NCBI GenBank assembly: GCA_934122115.1
Contig: CAKOVU010000001.1
Location: 215,755 to 279,754, forward strand
Length of the DNA: 64,000 nt
Source of the DNA: an uncultured Clostridia bacterium
GTDB lineage: Bacteria > Bacillota > Clostridia > TANB77 > CAG-508
Direction of reading: 5' to 3'
The position numbers were made by a program, and so were the translations under genes. Below the pieces are notes generated by a model that saw only the letters and a program-made list of their open reading frames with translations, was not told where the DNA came from and did not search any database. Positions 39,971 through 49,929 of the stretch are shown here, one piece after another; within the stretch, counting starts at the first letter, position 1, and the number at the start of each line of letters is the position of its first letter.

Positions 39971-40825
39971 ATGGCAGTAATATCTTTTTGGGGAAACAGC
40001 GAAAAAGAAACTGGACAAACAATTGCTACCATGGCTATATCTACCATGATGGCTTTTGAACATAATTATAAAATATTAACAATTTCTACTGGCTTTAAAG
40101 ATAGAACCATGGATGAAAGTTTTTGGCCGGCAAATAGAGCAACAGGATTACAAAGAATATTAGGAACACAAAGCGAAAACTTTGTTAATATGGAATCTGG
40201 TATAGAAGGATTAGGCAGAGTAGTAGAAAGCAATAGGTTAAGAAAAGGGCTAATACCGAACTATGCAAAAGTAGTATTTACCAATAGATTGGACGTGCTA
40301 GTATCACCTAGAACCGAAAATCCAAAAGAATATATAGAAATTGCAAAAACATATCCTAGCATTATTGAAACAGCAGCAAATGATTATAATATGGTTTTTG
40401 TAGATATTGATAAGAGGCTTCCAACAGAAATTCAAAGAGCAATATTAACTAAGTCAGATGTTATAATAATAACTGCTAAACAAGGGCAACAAGGAATAAA
40501 CAAATTAAATGAATTAACCAAAAAGAATGAAATGTTTCAAGGAGACAATATATTAAAATTGATAGGCAAATATGATGCAAGCTCTAAGTATAATGTAAAA
40601 AATATATCAAGAGAATTGCGAGAAAGAAAATTAATCTTATCTGTGCCTTATAATACAATATTCTTTGAAACAACAATGGAAGGAAAAGTACCAGATTACT
40701 TTTTAAAATTTAGAGGCTTAACAGTAGTAGATAAAAACGATTCTAATATGTTTTTCTTATCAGAGCTAAAAAGAGATTGTGAAATAATATTAGAAAAAAT
40801 ACGTGAAGTAGAATTAAAGAGATAA
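39971..40825 (+). CDS. Second degenerate MinD/ParA-fold protein (TadZ/CpaE-like)
   Basis: ISFWGNSEKETGQTIATMAIS in place of the P-loop; DYNMVFVDID. Confidence 0.45.
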   Translation: MAVISFWGNSEKETGQTIATMAISTMMAFEHNYKILTISTGFKDRTMDESFWPANRATGLQRILGTQSENFVNMESGIEGLGRVVESNRLRKGLIPNYAKVVFTNRLDVLVSPRTENPKEYIEIAKTYPSIIETAANDYNMVFVDIDKRLPTEIQRAILTKSDVIIITAKQGQQGINKLNELTKKNEMFQGDNILKLIGKYDASSKYNVKNISRELRERKLILSVPYNTIFFETTMEGKVPDYFLKFRGLTVVDKNDSNMFFLSELKRDCEIILEKIREVELKR

Positions 40826-40844
40826 CAAAGGAAAGGAGCTAGAC

Positions 40845-42758
40845 ATGAATATTACAAATATTGTTTTAATGGTTATTGTAGTAGGATTAGCTTTTTCTTT
40901 AATATATAGATTTATTAAGAAAAGAAGAAATGAAGAAAAAGAGGATACTATTAAAGTAGACGATAAAACTTATACTTTAGAAAGAATGACGGAATATATC
41001 AAAAAGAGATTGGATGAAATAACAAAGATAAACTTATATGATATAGGCCTTTCTGAAGAGGAATTAAAAAGAAGAAAAAATAAAAAGTATGAGTTGAAAA
41101 AAGCTTTAAAAGGATGTACATATGGAGATGTTAACGATAAAAAATATATAAAAGAGCTTATATATGACCTTTTATATAATGAATATGGTGTTGATGAGAT
41201 AACTGTATCAAAAGCAATTCCATTTGATATTCCTTCATTATTAACTCCACAAGATAAATTTGATATTATCATATACATGTACAAAATGGAGTTTGGATAT
41301 GAAGCTTTAACAGAAATGATAAAAAAATATGATCTAGCAGAGCTAAAATATGTAGAAGGAGAATCAAAACCTTCATATGTAATAACTTCAGAAGAAATAT
41401 CTGAAATATATGAAAAAGAAAATTTTGTATTATCATTTCCAGATAAATTGAACGTAGTAGTGCAGAGAATTTATCAACAATACAAAGGATACAGCAGCAT
41501 CGATGAAATAAGAGATATGAACATAGATGGTATTTCTGGTGGTGTATCTGGATTGCCAGAGAGCTTTTTAAGCCAGGTTGCTCAAACAGATAGCGATTAT
41601 TTAGGACAAATATCAGAACACAAAGTTCCACGTGCTTGTGATAGCATTTGGATAATGTTCCAAGGTAAATCAATTCGTTTGGCATTCTTATCATTTGGCT
41701 CTGAAGCTGAATTAAAAAGGGTTTGCCAGAATATTTACAAATTCAATAATCCAGGTCAGTTATCAGATACAAATGGTTATAAGATAAACGAAATGAAAGA
41801 TGGTTCTCGTGTTGTTGTTGTAAGACCAAGTATGTCTGAAACATGGGCATTCTTTGTAAGAAAATTCGATGTTAAGAGAGCTACACTAGAGCAAATAGTT
41901 AGATTCCCTGGAAAAGACGAAACAATAGATTTATTAAAATACCTTGTAAAAGGTGCAAGAATTATATCACTTACAGGTGAGCAGGGTTGTGGTAAAACAA
42001 CAATGCTTATGGCTATGATAGAAAACATATATGATACAATGAACCTTCGTATCACAGAAACAGCATTCGAGCTTCACTTAAGAAAAATATATCCAACAAG
42101 AAATATTTTATCAATGCGTGAAACAGAAACAATATCTGGACAACAATGTTTGGACGTTCAGAAGAAAACAGATGGTACTGTTAATATAATCGGAGAGGTT
42201 GCAACAGACCCAGTAGCATCTTGGATGATTCAATCAGCACAGGTTGCATCTAAATTTACATTATTTACTCACCATGCTAAAACTTTCCCAGATTTAGTAA
42301 CAGCACTTCGTAACTCAATGCTTAGAGCTGGAGTGTTCAATGATGAAAGAACAGCTGAAGAGCAAGTTGTTTCAGTATTAAATTTTGATGTTCACTTAGT
42401 AAAAGACTTTAGAGGAAGAAGATACATAGAAAGAATAACAGAATGTATACCAGTACAAGAGAAAAATGAATACACATATGATTATAGAAAACAAAAAACT
42501 TTAGAAGGAAAAATAGAAAAATTTATGGATAATGCAACAATGTATTTTTCTAAGAGTACTAATAGAGAATTGTATCAATACAGAAATATACTAGAATATC
42601 ATGATGGAACATATGTGCTAACAAATCCAATAACAGAAACAAACATTACAGAAATGCTAAACAACATGGATGATACAGATGCAGAAGAATTTAAAAAGTT
42701 TGTATATGAAAAATGGGGAATAAAAGCTCGTAGAGCATCTGATGATGTTATAGAATAG
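40845..42758 (+). CDS. Secretion ATPase of the CpaF/TadA (VirB11-like) family, 637 aa with a long N-terminal extension
   Basis: Walker A GEQGCGKTT; Asp/His boxes. Confidence 0.7.
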   Translation: MNITNIVLMVIVVGLAFSLIYRFIKKRRNEEKEDTIKVDDKTYTLERMTEYIKKRLDEITKINLYDIGLSEEELKRRKNKKYELKKALKGCTYGDVNDKKYIKELIYDLLYNEYGVDEITVSKAIPFDIPSLLTPQDKFDIIIYMYKMEFGYEALTEMIKKYDLAELKYVEGESKPSYVITSEEISEIYEKENFVLSFPDKLNVVVQRIYQQYKGYSSIDEIRDMNIDGISGGVSGLPESFLSQVAQTDSDYLGQISEHKVPRACDSIWIMFQGKSIRLAFLSFGSEAELKRVCQNIYKFNNPGQLSDTNGYKINEMKDGSRVVVVRPSMSETWAFFVRKFDVKRATLEQIVRFPGKDETIDLLKYLVKGARIISLTGEQGCGKTTMLMAMIENIYDTMNLRITETAFELHLRKIYPTRNILSMRETETISGQQCLDVQKKTDGTVNIIGEVATDPVASWMIQSAQVASKFTLFTHHAKTFPDLVTALRNSMLRAGVFNDERTAEEQVVSVLNFDVHLVKDFRGRRYIERITECIPVQEKNEYTYDYRKQKTLEGKIEKFMDNATMYFSKSTNRELYQYRNILEYHDGTYVLTNPITETNITEMLNNMDDTDAEEFKKFVYEKWGIKARRASDDVIE

Positions 42759-42772
42759 AAGGAGGTGCAATT

Positions 42773-44851
42773 ATGCCATCGAGTAAAATAATATTATACA
42801 TGCTTATAGCAGTAGGAGTATTATTAGGATTTATAGTAGTAGCGTATATGGTATTAAGAAAAAAACTACAGCAATCAGATGTAATGCAGATGCAAAAGCT
42901 TCGTGCAGGTACTCAAGAGAAAACTTTTTCACTAGAAATACTATATCAGAAATTATATACAAAATACATAAAAACCCCCTTCTTAAAAAGATATCTATTT
43001 AAAATAAGAAGAAGATTGGAAATTATTAACGTAGATGATGAATATTTAACAAGAAAGCAAACTTCGCAAATATTAACAAAAGCTTTATTAATAATTATTC
43101 CACTTACATTATTCATAATTTTAATAGCGAAAAGTAATGCTTTATTACTATCTATATTATTAATATTTGAACTATTTATAATAGATACTTTAGTAGATGG
43201 TATGGTTGATAAAATGGATAACAGATTGCTTCAACAGCAGATAGATTTCTTTGCAGAAATAAGACATGCTTACCACGAATACAACATGGTTGAAGAAGCA
43301 ATTTATCAAGTAGCTCAGGATGATGAAAACGTTGAGATGGCAAGGCAGGCAGAAAAGATATATGAGATATTAATATCAAATGACCCTGAGAGTGAACTTG
43401 AAAAATATTATGATGTTGCACCAAACAGCTATTTAAAAGAATTTGCTGGAATATCATATTTAACAAAGGAATTTGGCGATAGAAAAGTAGATAAAACTTC
43501 TTTATATTTGAAGAATTTAAATAATATAAGCCAAGAAATGCAATTGGAAATATTAAAAAGAGATAAATTGGATTATGTGTTCCAAAGTTTGTCTGTAATA
43601 TCTATACTTCCATTACTAGCATTAGAGCCAATAAAAAATTGGGCAGTATCACAATTTTCATTTACATCATCATTCTATTTGGGAAAACAAGGAATGATAG
43701 TGCAAATATTAATAGTAATACTTACATTCTTGTGCTATACGTTAACAAGAAAATTGAAAGATAATGGCTCAACAACAATTGATACAAGGCCAACAAACCC
43801 ATGGCAAGAGAAATTATATAAATTGCCAATAATAAAGCAATTGGTAGATTGCTTTATACCAAAAGATGGAACAAAAGAAAGAAGAAGATTAACAAATTTA
43901 ATAAAAGATTCTGCAACAAAAGATAAGATACAATGGATATATGTATCAAGAATATTGTTAACCATTGTAGCATTTGCTGGCTCTTTAATTGTATTTACTC
44001 AGTTACATAGAATTGAAATAGATTATATATACACACAACCAACTTCAACTTATAATATAGTTGGAGAAATGTCTGATAAAAACTTAAAAAGTGCTCAGCA
44101 ATTAACAGAAAGTGATAACAAGTTTTTAAATAAATTTAGAGGAAAAACTGCTACAACTTTAGAAGATATAGAAAAAGCTATGTCTAGGTCTGAAGACTAT
44201 GCCACAAGCACAGATGATGAAATTGAAGTGGCAGCAAAAAGAGTATTAGAAAAATTAAGAAAAATCAATAGTGAGTATCTAAGTTGGTTTGAAATGCTAC
44301 TTGCAATGGTATTTGCTTTAGTGGGTTATAACTTACCAATATGGCTATTATATTTCCAAGCAAGAATGAGAAAGATGGAAATGGAAGACGAAGTAATGCA
44401 ATTCCAAACAATCATTTTAATGCTTATGAGAATTGAAAGAGTTAATGTAGAAATGATTCTTGAATGGCTAGAAAGATATTCAAATATATTCAAAGAACCA
44501 CTTGCTAAATGTATAAACAATTATGAAAGCGGTTCATGGGAAGCTCTTGAGCAATTAAAAGATGATGTAAATTATAAAGACTTTATTAGAATAGTAGAAA
44601 GTCTTCAAGCAGCAGTAGAGAAAATACCAATTGCAGATGCTTTTGATGAATTGGATTCTGAAAGAGAGTACTATCAAGCTAAACGTAAAGAATCAAACGA
44701 AAGATTAATCAGCAAAAAAGGAATGATTGGAAAAGTAATAGGTTTTGCCCCAATGGTTTGCTTATTTGTAGGTTACTTAATAATACCTTTAGTATTAATA
44801 GGATTAACAAGTATGAATTCATCATTTGCTGGAATGTCTTCATCAATGTAG
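42773..44851 (+). CDS. TadB/TadC (GspF-type) polytopic membrane platform protein, fused or duplicated, 692 aa
   Basis: Multiple TM blocks with T2SS-F-like cytoplasmic domains. Confidence 0.55.
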   Translation: MPSSKIILYMLIAVGVLLGFIVVAYMVLRKKLQQSDVMQMQKLRAGTQEKTFSLEILYQKLYTKYIKTPFLKRYLFKIRRRLEIINVDDEYLTRKQTSQILTKALLIIIPLTLFIILIAKSNALLLSILLIFELFIIDTLVDGMVDKMDNRLLQQQIDFFAEIRHAYHEYNMVEEAIYQVAQDDENVEMARQAEKIYEILISNDPESELEKYYDVAPNSYLKEFAGISYLTKEFGDRKVDKTSLYLKNLNNISQEMQLEILKRDKLDYVFQSLSVISILPLLALEPIKNWAVSQFSFTSSFYLGKQGMIVQILIVILTFLCYTLTRKLKDNGSTTIDTRPTNPWQEKLYKLPIIKQLVDCFIPKDGTKERRRLTNLIKDSATKDKIQWIYVSRILLTIVAFAGSLIVFTQLHRIEIDYIYTQPTSTYNIVGEMSDKNLKSAQQLTESDNKFLNKFRGKTATTLEDIEKAMSRSEDYATSTDDEIEVAAKRVLEKLRKINSEYLSWFEMLLAMVFALVGYNLPIWLLYFQARMRKMEMEDEVMQFQTIILMLMRIERVNVEMILEWLERYSNIFKEPLAKCINNYESGSWEALEQLKDDVNYKDFIRIVESLQAAVEKIPIADAFDELDSEREYYQAKRKESNERLISKKGMIGKVIGFAPMVCLFVGYLIIPLVLIGLTSMNSSFAGMSSSM

Positions 44852-44881
44852 TACTGATAAAAATTCTGGAGGAAAATATAT

Positions 44882-45508
44882 ATGGAAAACGCAACAAAAG
44901 CACTGGAAATAGCTGGCGGAGTATTAATTTCATTAATAATAATAGGAACAATAGTATTTTTTTACAACAGAATATCAGAAGTAAAGCAAACAGAACATAA
45001 TACTCAAGCGGAAGAGCAAGCAGCAGATTTTAATAAAGATTATGAAGTATATAACAGAAATGACGTTTATGGAAGTGAATTATTATCTTTAGCAAACCAG
45101 ATGCAAGATTATAACACTAGAGAAGTTGAAAAAGGTTATGAAAAGATAGAATTAAGTGCCACTTTTAAGCAAAAATCTAATATATTTATACAATATTATG
45201 GCAATAAGCAAACATATTCTCAAAGTGATTTAGCATCTGGTTATACAAAGCTTGCAAATGAAATAAATAAACTTTCAACTAAAAAGATAACAGACGCTTC
45301 TGGTCAAACAACAAAAACATATAATGAATGGGTAAAAATATCTAAAACTACCTTGAAATCAACTTTAAAAACTGCAGATTATAATAGTATAATAAATTAC
45401 CAAGACTTAATAACTGAGCAAACTAATATTGCTAGAGGAACTTTTAGATGCACAGATGTAAAATATAAAAATTCAAGAATAGTAAAAATGACTTTTTCTG
45501 AAAATTAG
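44882..45508 (+). CDS. Pilin-like protein, MENATKALEIAGG N-terminus, 208 aa
   Basis: Shared N-terminal motif plus hydrophobic segment, as in 45526, 46539 and 46984. Confidence 0.5.
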   Translation: MENATKALEIAGGVLISLIIIGTIVFFYNRISEVKQTEHNTQAEEQAADFNKDYEVYNRNDVYGSELLSLANQMQDYNTREVEKGYEKIELSATFKQKSNIFIQYYGNKQTYSQSDLASGYTKLANEINKLSTKKITDASGQTTKTYNEWVKISKTTLKSTLKTADYNSIINYQDLITEQTNIARGTFRCTDVKYKNSRIVKMTFSEN

Positions 45509-45525
45509 AATAGGAGGTAGCTAAA

Positions 45526-45987
45526 TTGGAAAATGCGAGCAAAGCTTTAATTATGGCTGCATCAGTACTTATAGCTATTATGGTTTTGTCATTAGGTGTA
45601 TATTTGTTTAGCATATTTGGTGGAACAAGCCAAGAAATAACAAATATTATAACAGAAAGTCAAATTTCAGAATTTAATAGTAACTTTACAAAATATGAAG
45701 GAAAAACTGATATAAGGGCACAAGATATAGTAAGTGTTGCGAATTTTGCAATAAAAAGCAACAAACAAAACGAAGATGACCCAAGAAAATATGTTTATGT
45801 GGTGCTAAGAAAAACACCGGGATTTAACAGTAACAGTTTTGAAACAAAAGAAAGCGAATTTATTGATTTTATAAAGCAATATTCGCTAGAACCAGACAAT
45901 GTAACAGTAATAAATTTTAAGTGTAGTGATGTTCAAATAAATGAAGAAACTGGTATGGTAAATAAGATTATTTTTGAAAAAATTTAA
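45526..45987 (+). CDS. Pilin-like protein, MENASKALIMAAS N-terminus, 153 aa
   Basis: As above; GGAGG RBS. Confidence 0.5.
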   Translation: MENASKALIMAASVLIAIMVLSLGVYLFSIFGGTSQEITNIITESQISEFNSNFTKYEGKTDIRAQDIVSVANFAIKSNKQNEDDPRKYVYVVLRKTPGFNSNSFETKESEFIDFIKQYSLEPDNVTVINFKCSDVQINEETGMVNKIIFEKI

Positions 45988-46050
45988 CAAACAGATTTTT
46001 ATAAAAAAGATTGCATAAAAAAATATAAAATGCTATAATAAAGAGGAATT

Positions 46051-46488
46051 ATGAAAAAAATTGGGATATTAATTTGTACTCTAGTAATAGTTATAGTTGC
46101 AGTAATTGGTGTTAATATATATAGCTATAATGAAAGATTAAAAGCAGCTGAAAAAAATAATAAAAATTATCAAAGTTATTATAATGTAGAAGTACTTGGA
46201 AGTGATGTGGGGTCACTTATAAATAAAATATTAGATACAAATTCAAAAAACAATATTCAAAAAGATGAAAATGGGAAATATATAGATAATGGAAAAGAAA
46301 TTGCAATTTCGGTTACAATAAAGTTTTTAGAATTAGATAAAAACATTTCAATCGAAGCAATTGAAAAGCAAGGAGTAGATAGATTTATTAAAAATTTCGG
46401 TGCAGAAACATTTAAATGCACAGAAATAGAATATTACCCAAATGCGAAAGGTGTTAAATCAATGCACTTTGAGCAAGTAAAAAAATAA
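46051..46488 (+). CDS. Small signal-anchored protein in the pilus locus, 145 aa
   Basis: N-terminal TM; RBS AGAGGAA. Confidence 0.4.
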   Translation: MKKIGILICTLVIVIVAVIGVNIYSYNERLKAAEKNNKNYQSYYNVEVLGSDVGSLINKILDTNSKNNIQKDENGKYIDNGKEIAISVTIKFLELDKNISIEAIEKQGVDRFIKNFGAETFKCTEIEYYPNAKGVKSMHFEQVKK

Positions 46489-46538
46489 GTTATTAATATT
46501 TTTAAAATATAAAATAAAATCTAAGGAGGAACATTTTT

Positions 46539-46949
46539 ATGGAAAACGCAAGTAAAGCACTAATCATAGCAGGAGCTATTTTAGTATCAATTTTAATTAT
46601 AGGTTTAGGTATGTATCTTTATACAACCGCAAGTGGTGTATTTGATAGCAACCAATTAAAAGAGCAACAAGCTAGAACTTATAATGATCAATTTGAAAAA
46701 TATTTTGGTTCAAAAGTTACAGGTTCAAATGTAAGAGCACTTTATGATGCAGTAAGAAACCACAATATAACAAACCAAAGCGATACATCTTTAACTATAA
46801 CAATTAAACATGGTACAAGTTCAGCTAGTACTGCTGCACAATTAAACACTGATAAAGCTGCAATTCAAGCTGGTAAAGTTTACACAGTTGAAGGAACGAC
46901 TTATGATTCAACATCAGGATACATAACAGAAATAACAGTTACAGACTAG
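46539..46949 (+). CDS. Pilin-like protein, MENASKALIIAGA N-terminus, 136 aa; candidate major subunit
   Basis: Shortest member, AAGGAGG RBS, Ser/Thr-rich. Confidence 0.5.
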   Translation: MENASKALIIAGAILVSILIIGLGMYLYTTASGVFDSNQLKEQQARTYNDQFEKYFGSKVTGSNVRALYDAVRNHNITNQSDTSLTITIKHGTSSASTAAQLNTDKAAIQAGKVYTVEGTTYDSTSGYITEITVTD

Positions 46950-46983
46950 TTAAGTTAATAATAAAGTGAAATAGGAAAGAATT

Positions 46984-47622
46984 ATGGAAAATGCAGTTGA
47001 AGCTTTAAAAATGGCATTTGCAATGCTTGTGCTAGTATTAGCACTTTCAGTATCAATCATGTCCTTTTCAGCGGCTAGGCAAACAGCAGATTTTGTATTA
47101 CAATCTGCTGACCCAACTGCAACCTATGAATATAATGCAGAAGGGCAAGAAAATAGAATAGTAGGGTTGGAAACAGTTATTCCAACTTTATATAAATATT
47201 CAATAGAAAATTACTCAATAGTTTTTAAGCAGGCTAGCGCAAATCAAGTAGATACGGCAAATGGAAAATTGTTAGTGCCGTATAACGAAATTAGTCCGCT
47301 AACCATATATACAACAAAAACAGTTAGAAGCACTTGGCCAGAAGACTATGTAAATACTACATTAAATCAAGACAAAAACATTAGTGTATTTGATTTAAAA
47401 GAAGAGCAAGAAAGAGGAGAAAGCTGGACAATAAGTAGTGATGCTATCAAAGAAAATCTAAAGAATATTATAGAGGGCAAAGGTCAAAATAACGAATATG
47501 CAAACAATCCATTAACTAAAAGAAATAATAAATACTTAGAGCTAATAGGAAGAAGCCAGGTAAGAAAATCTGGAAATAATACAGTTTCTAAAATAACAAT
47601 AACATATGTATTAATTAATTAA
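46984..47622 (+). CDS. Pilin-like protein, MENAVEALKMAFA N-terminus, 212 aa
   Basis: As above. Confidence 0.5.
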   Translation: MENAVEALKMAFAMLVLVLALSVSIMSFSAARQTADFVLQSADPTATYEYNAEGQENRIVGLETVIPTLYKYSIENYSIVFKQASANQVDTANGKLLVPYNEISPLTIYTTKTVRSTWPEDYVNTTLNQDKNISVFDLKEEQERGESWTISSDAIKENLKNIIEGKGQNNEYANNPLTKRNNKYLELIGRSQVRKSGNNTVSKITITYVLIN

Positions 47623-47664
47623 CAGAAGAAGGACAAGATTAAAAGTTTAGAAAGGAAATAGATT

Positions 47665-48189
47665 ATGGGAGATAGTTTAATGACAATAATTGCGATTTTT
47701 TTAGCAGCTATATTGATGTTTGTGTTCCCACTAATGTCAATGTCTGATAGAACTGATGATATTTCACAATTATTAGTAGAAACAGCTACAACAGAATTTG
47801 TAGATAATGTAAGAAGTACAGGAAAATTAACATTGGATGATTACGATAAATATGTACAAGAAATATCATCTACAGGAAATACATATGATGTAGAAATGAC
47901 AGCACAAATATTGGATGAGAATCCAGGAATAAAAACAACACAAGCTGAAATAACAAAAATAGGAGAGAATGTATATTACAATTTATATACAACTCAAATA
48001 GAAGATAGATTAAAATCTAATTCTACATTAAAGCTAAAGGAAGGAGATATTTTCTCAGTTTCTGTAAAAAATACTAATACAACAATATCTCAATCTTTGA
48101 AAAACTTTTTCTACAAAATAGCTGGAAATGATACATATCAAGTTGCTGCACAACATGCGGGAATGGTAACTGTTAATGGAACAAAATAA
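47665..48189 (+). CDS. Pilin or minor-pilin-like protein with an N-terminal hydrophobic segment, 174 aa
   Basis: MGDSLMTIIAIFLAAILMFVFPLM. Confidence 0.4.
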   Translation: MGDSLMTIIAIFLAAILMFVFPLMSMSDRTDDISQLLVETATTEFVDNVRSTGKLTLDDYDKYVQEISSTGNTYDVEMTAQILDENPGIKTTQAEITKIGENVYYNLYTTQIEDRLKSNSTLKLKEGDIFSVSVKNTNTTISQSLKNFFYKIAGNDTYQVAAQHAGMVTVNGTK

Positions 48190-48276
48190 AGATTATAAAA
48201 GCAAAGCCCGACTTAATTAAATAAAATAAGTCGGGTTTGTTTTAAACTAAATTATATTTAGAAAGGTAATTAACAA

Positions 48277-49890
48277 ATGAAACTACAACATTTAGCAGTG
48301 ATTTTTGTAATTATAATATTGCCAATATCGTTGGTATTAGCTGCTTATTTAGGTAATCAAATTACCACAATACAATTGCAAACACAGTATAGTACTAAGC
48401 TAATTAATGCAACATATGACTCACTAAAGGCATTTAAAATAAATACAGCAAATAACAACTATTCTACTTTGGGCGCCTCAAAGGCAAGAGATATAGAAGC
48501 CTCGGTTAGTACTTTTTATAGAACTTTAGCAACTGCAATGGGAACAATCGGGTATAGTTCATATGAATTGCAAACATATACACCTGCTTTAGTATACACA
48601 TTGCACGATGGCTTTTATATTTATACAAAATATTATGATACAAATAAAAATGAATATACATATGGCTTAAAGCCTATGATAGCTTACTCTTGTAGATATA
48701 AGGTTGGAAACGGTGATAGATATGATTTTGTGGTAAACTATACTTTAGATAATTCAATATCTATAATAGGAACTGTAGATGGTGAATTCGTTACAAAATC
48801 AGGATATTTGATAACTAGAGCTTATAATGTGCATCAATATGAAGCTTTATATGAAAATTTGATTACATTTAATGACGCAGGAAACCCAGAAAATACAGAT
48901 TCAGATGGAAAGCCTGTACCTGTTAGGTATCAATATATTGTATACAATAATCAAAAAGTGTACAAAGATGGAGATAGATATTTCTATTATAGTAGTGGCT
49001 ATAGGAAAGATTATTTAAAATCAAGTGATGATATAAGAGAGGTTGAAAGTCGTTTTAATAATGGAGGAAGCAATAGTGCATCAATGTATTATACTGAGGC
49101 TGCAACATTCTCATACTGGGTTATGAACAAATTGAGCAGTATAAAAATATCTGATGCTGTAGATGCCAATGGAAATTCAATAAGTTTTGCATCAAATTTA
49201 AGTGGAAACGTATTTGATGTTAGTACAGATAATGATCCATTAGTAAGCACATCATTATTTAATGAACATAGAATGAATGTAATTAGAAGAACTATAGAAA
49301 CCAATTTAGCTTCTTCAATAGCAAATTATAACAGTTACTCTAAATCGGGTTACCAATTTACAATGCCAATATTAAATGAAAACGAATGGGATAAAATAGA
49401 GAATAATGTTTGTATGATAGCTTTCTTACAAGGATTACCTATAGGAGGCAAGCTTTATAATAACTATTGTGTAGTTGCAAATAATGCTAATAAAGAAACT
49501 ATAGGAAGAAATTCAATTTATATAATAGATAGTGAAGGTGAATACCACAAATCAGGATGTGCAACTTTAATTGCTAAATTAAGGAGCGGAACTGCAACAA
49601 TAGTTGGAGCATATGCAAATAGCGATTTTGAAAGAAAAGCAGTTTCGCTTACAGGCGAAGATGCAAATGCTGGATCACAATTAACAGGAAGTAATGCAAA
49701 TGATACAGCATACTATTTCCCACAGGCATATACGTCGTGCTATGATTGTATAGTAAATTCTCAGGAGGATTATGATATAGACGATATAATAAATGGAAAG
49801 GTAAATATACCAGTGCTAAAAGATGCATATTTAAAGGCTTTAGCAAGATGCAGATATGATGCATATACACAGAATCAATATTTTAAGTAA
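48277..49890 (+). CDS. Large secreted or anchored protein of the pilus locus, 537 aa (tip-adhesin or TadG-like candidate)
   Basis: N-terminal hydrophobic segment. Tyr/Asn-rich, typical of a beta-rich extracellular domain. Confidence 0.4.
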   Translation: MKLQHLAVIFVIIILPISLVLAAYLGNQITTIQLQTQYSTKLINATYDSLKAFKINTANNNYSTLGASKARDIEASVSTFYRTLATAMGTIGYSSYELQTYTPALVYTLHDGFYIYTKYYDTNKNEYTYGLKPMIAYSCRYKVGNGDRYDFVVNYTLDNSISIIGTVDGEFVTKSGYLITRAYNVHQYEALYENLITFNDAGNPENTDSDGKPVPVRYQYIVYNNQKVYKDGDRYFYYSSGYRKDYLKSSDDIREVESRFNNGGSNSASMYYTEAATFSYWVMNKLSSIKISDAVDANGNSISFASNLSGNVFDVSTDNDPLVSTSLFNEHRMNVIRRTIETNLASSIANYNSYSKSGYQFTMPILNENEWDKIENNVCMIAFLQGLPIGGKLYNNYCVVANNANKETIGRNSIYIIDSEGEYHKSGCATLIAKLRSGTATIVGAYANSDFERKAVSLTGEDANAGSQLTGSNANDTAYYFPQAYTSCYDCIVNSQEDYDIDDIINGKVNIPVLKDAYLKALARCRYDAYTQNQYFK

Positions 49891-49893
49891 TAT

Positions 49894-49928
49894 AAAAATC
49901 AGGAATTCATTTTAGAACTCCTGATTTT
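49894..49928. terminator. Bidirectional terminator (aatcaggaattcattttagaactcctgatt)
   Basis: Inverted repeat between convergent genes. Confidence 0.6.
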
Positions 49929-49929
49929 G

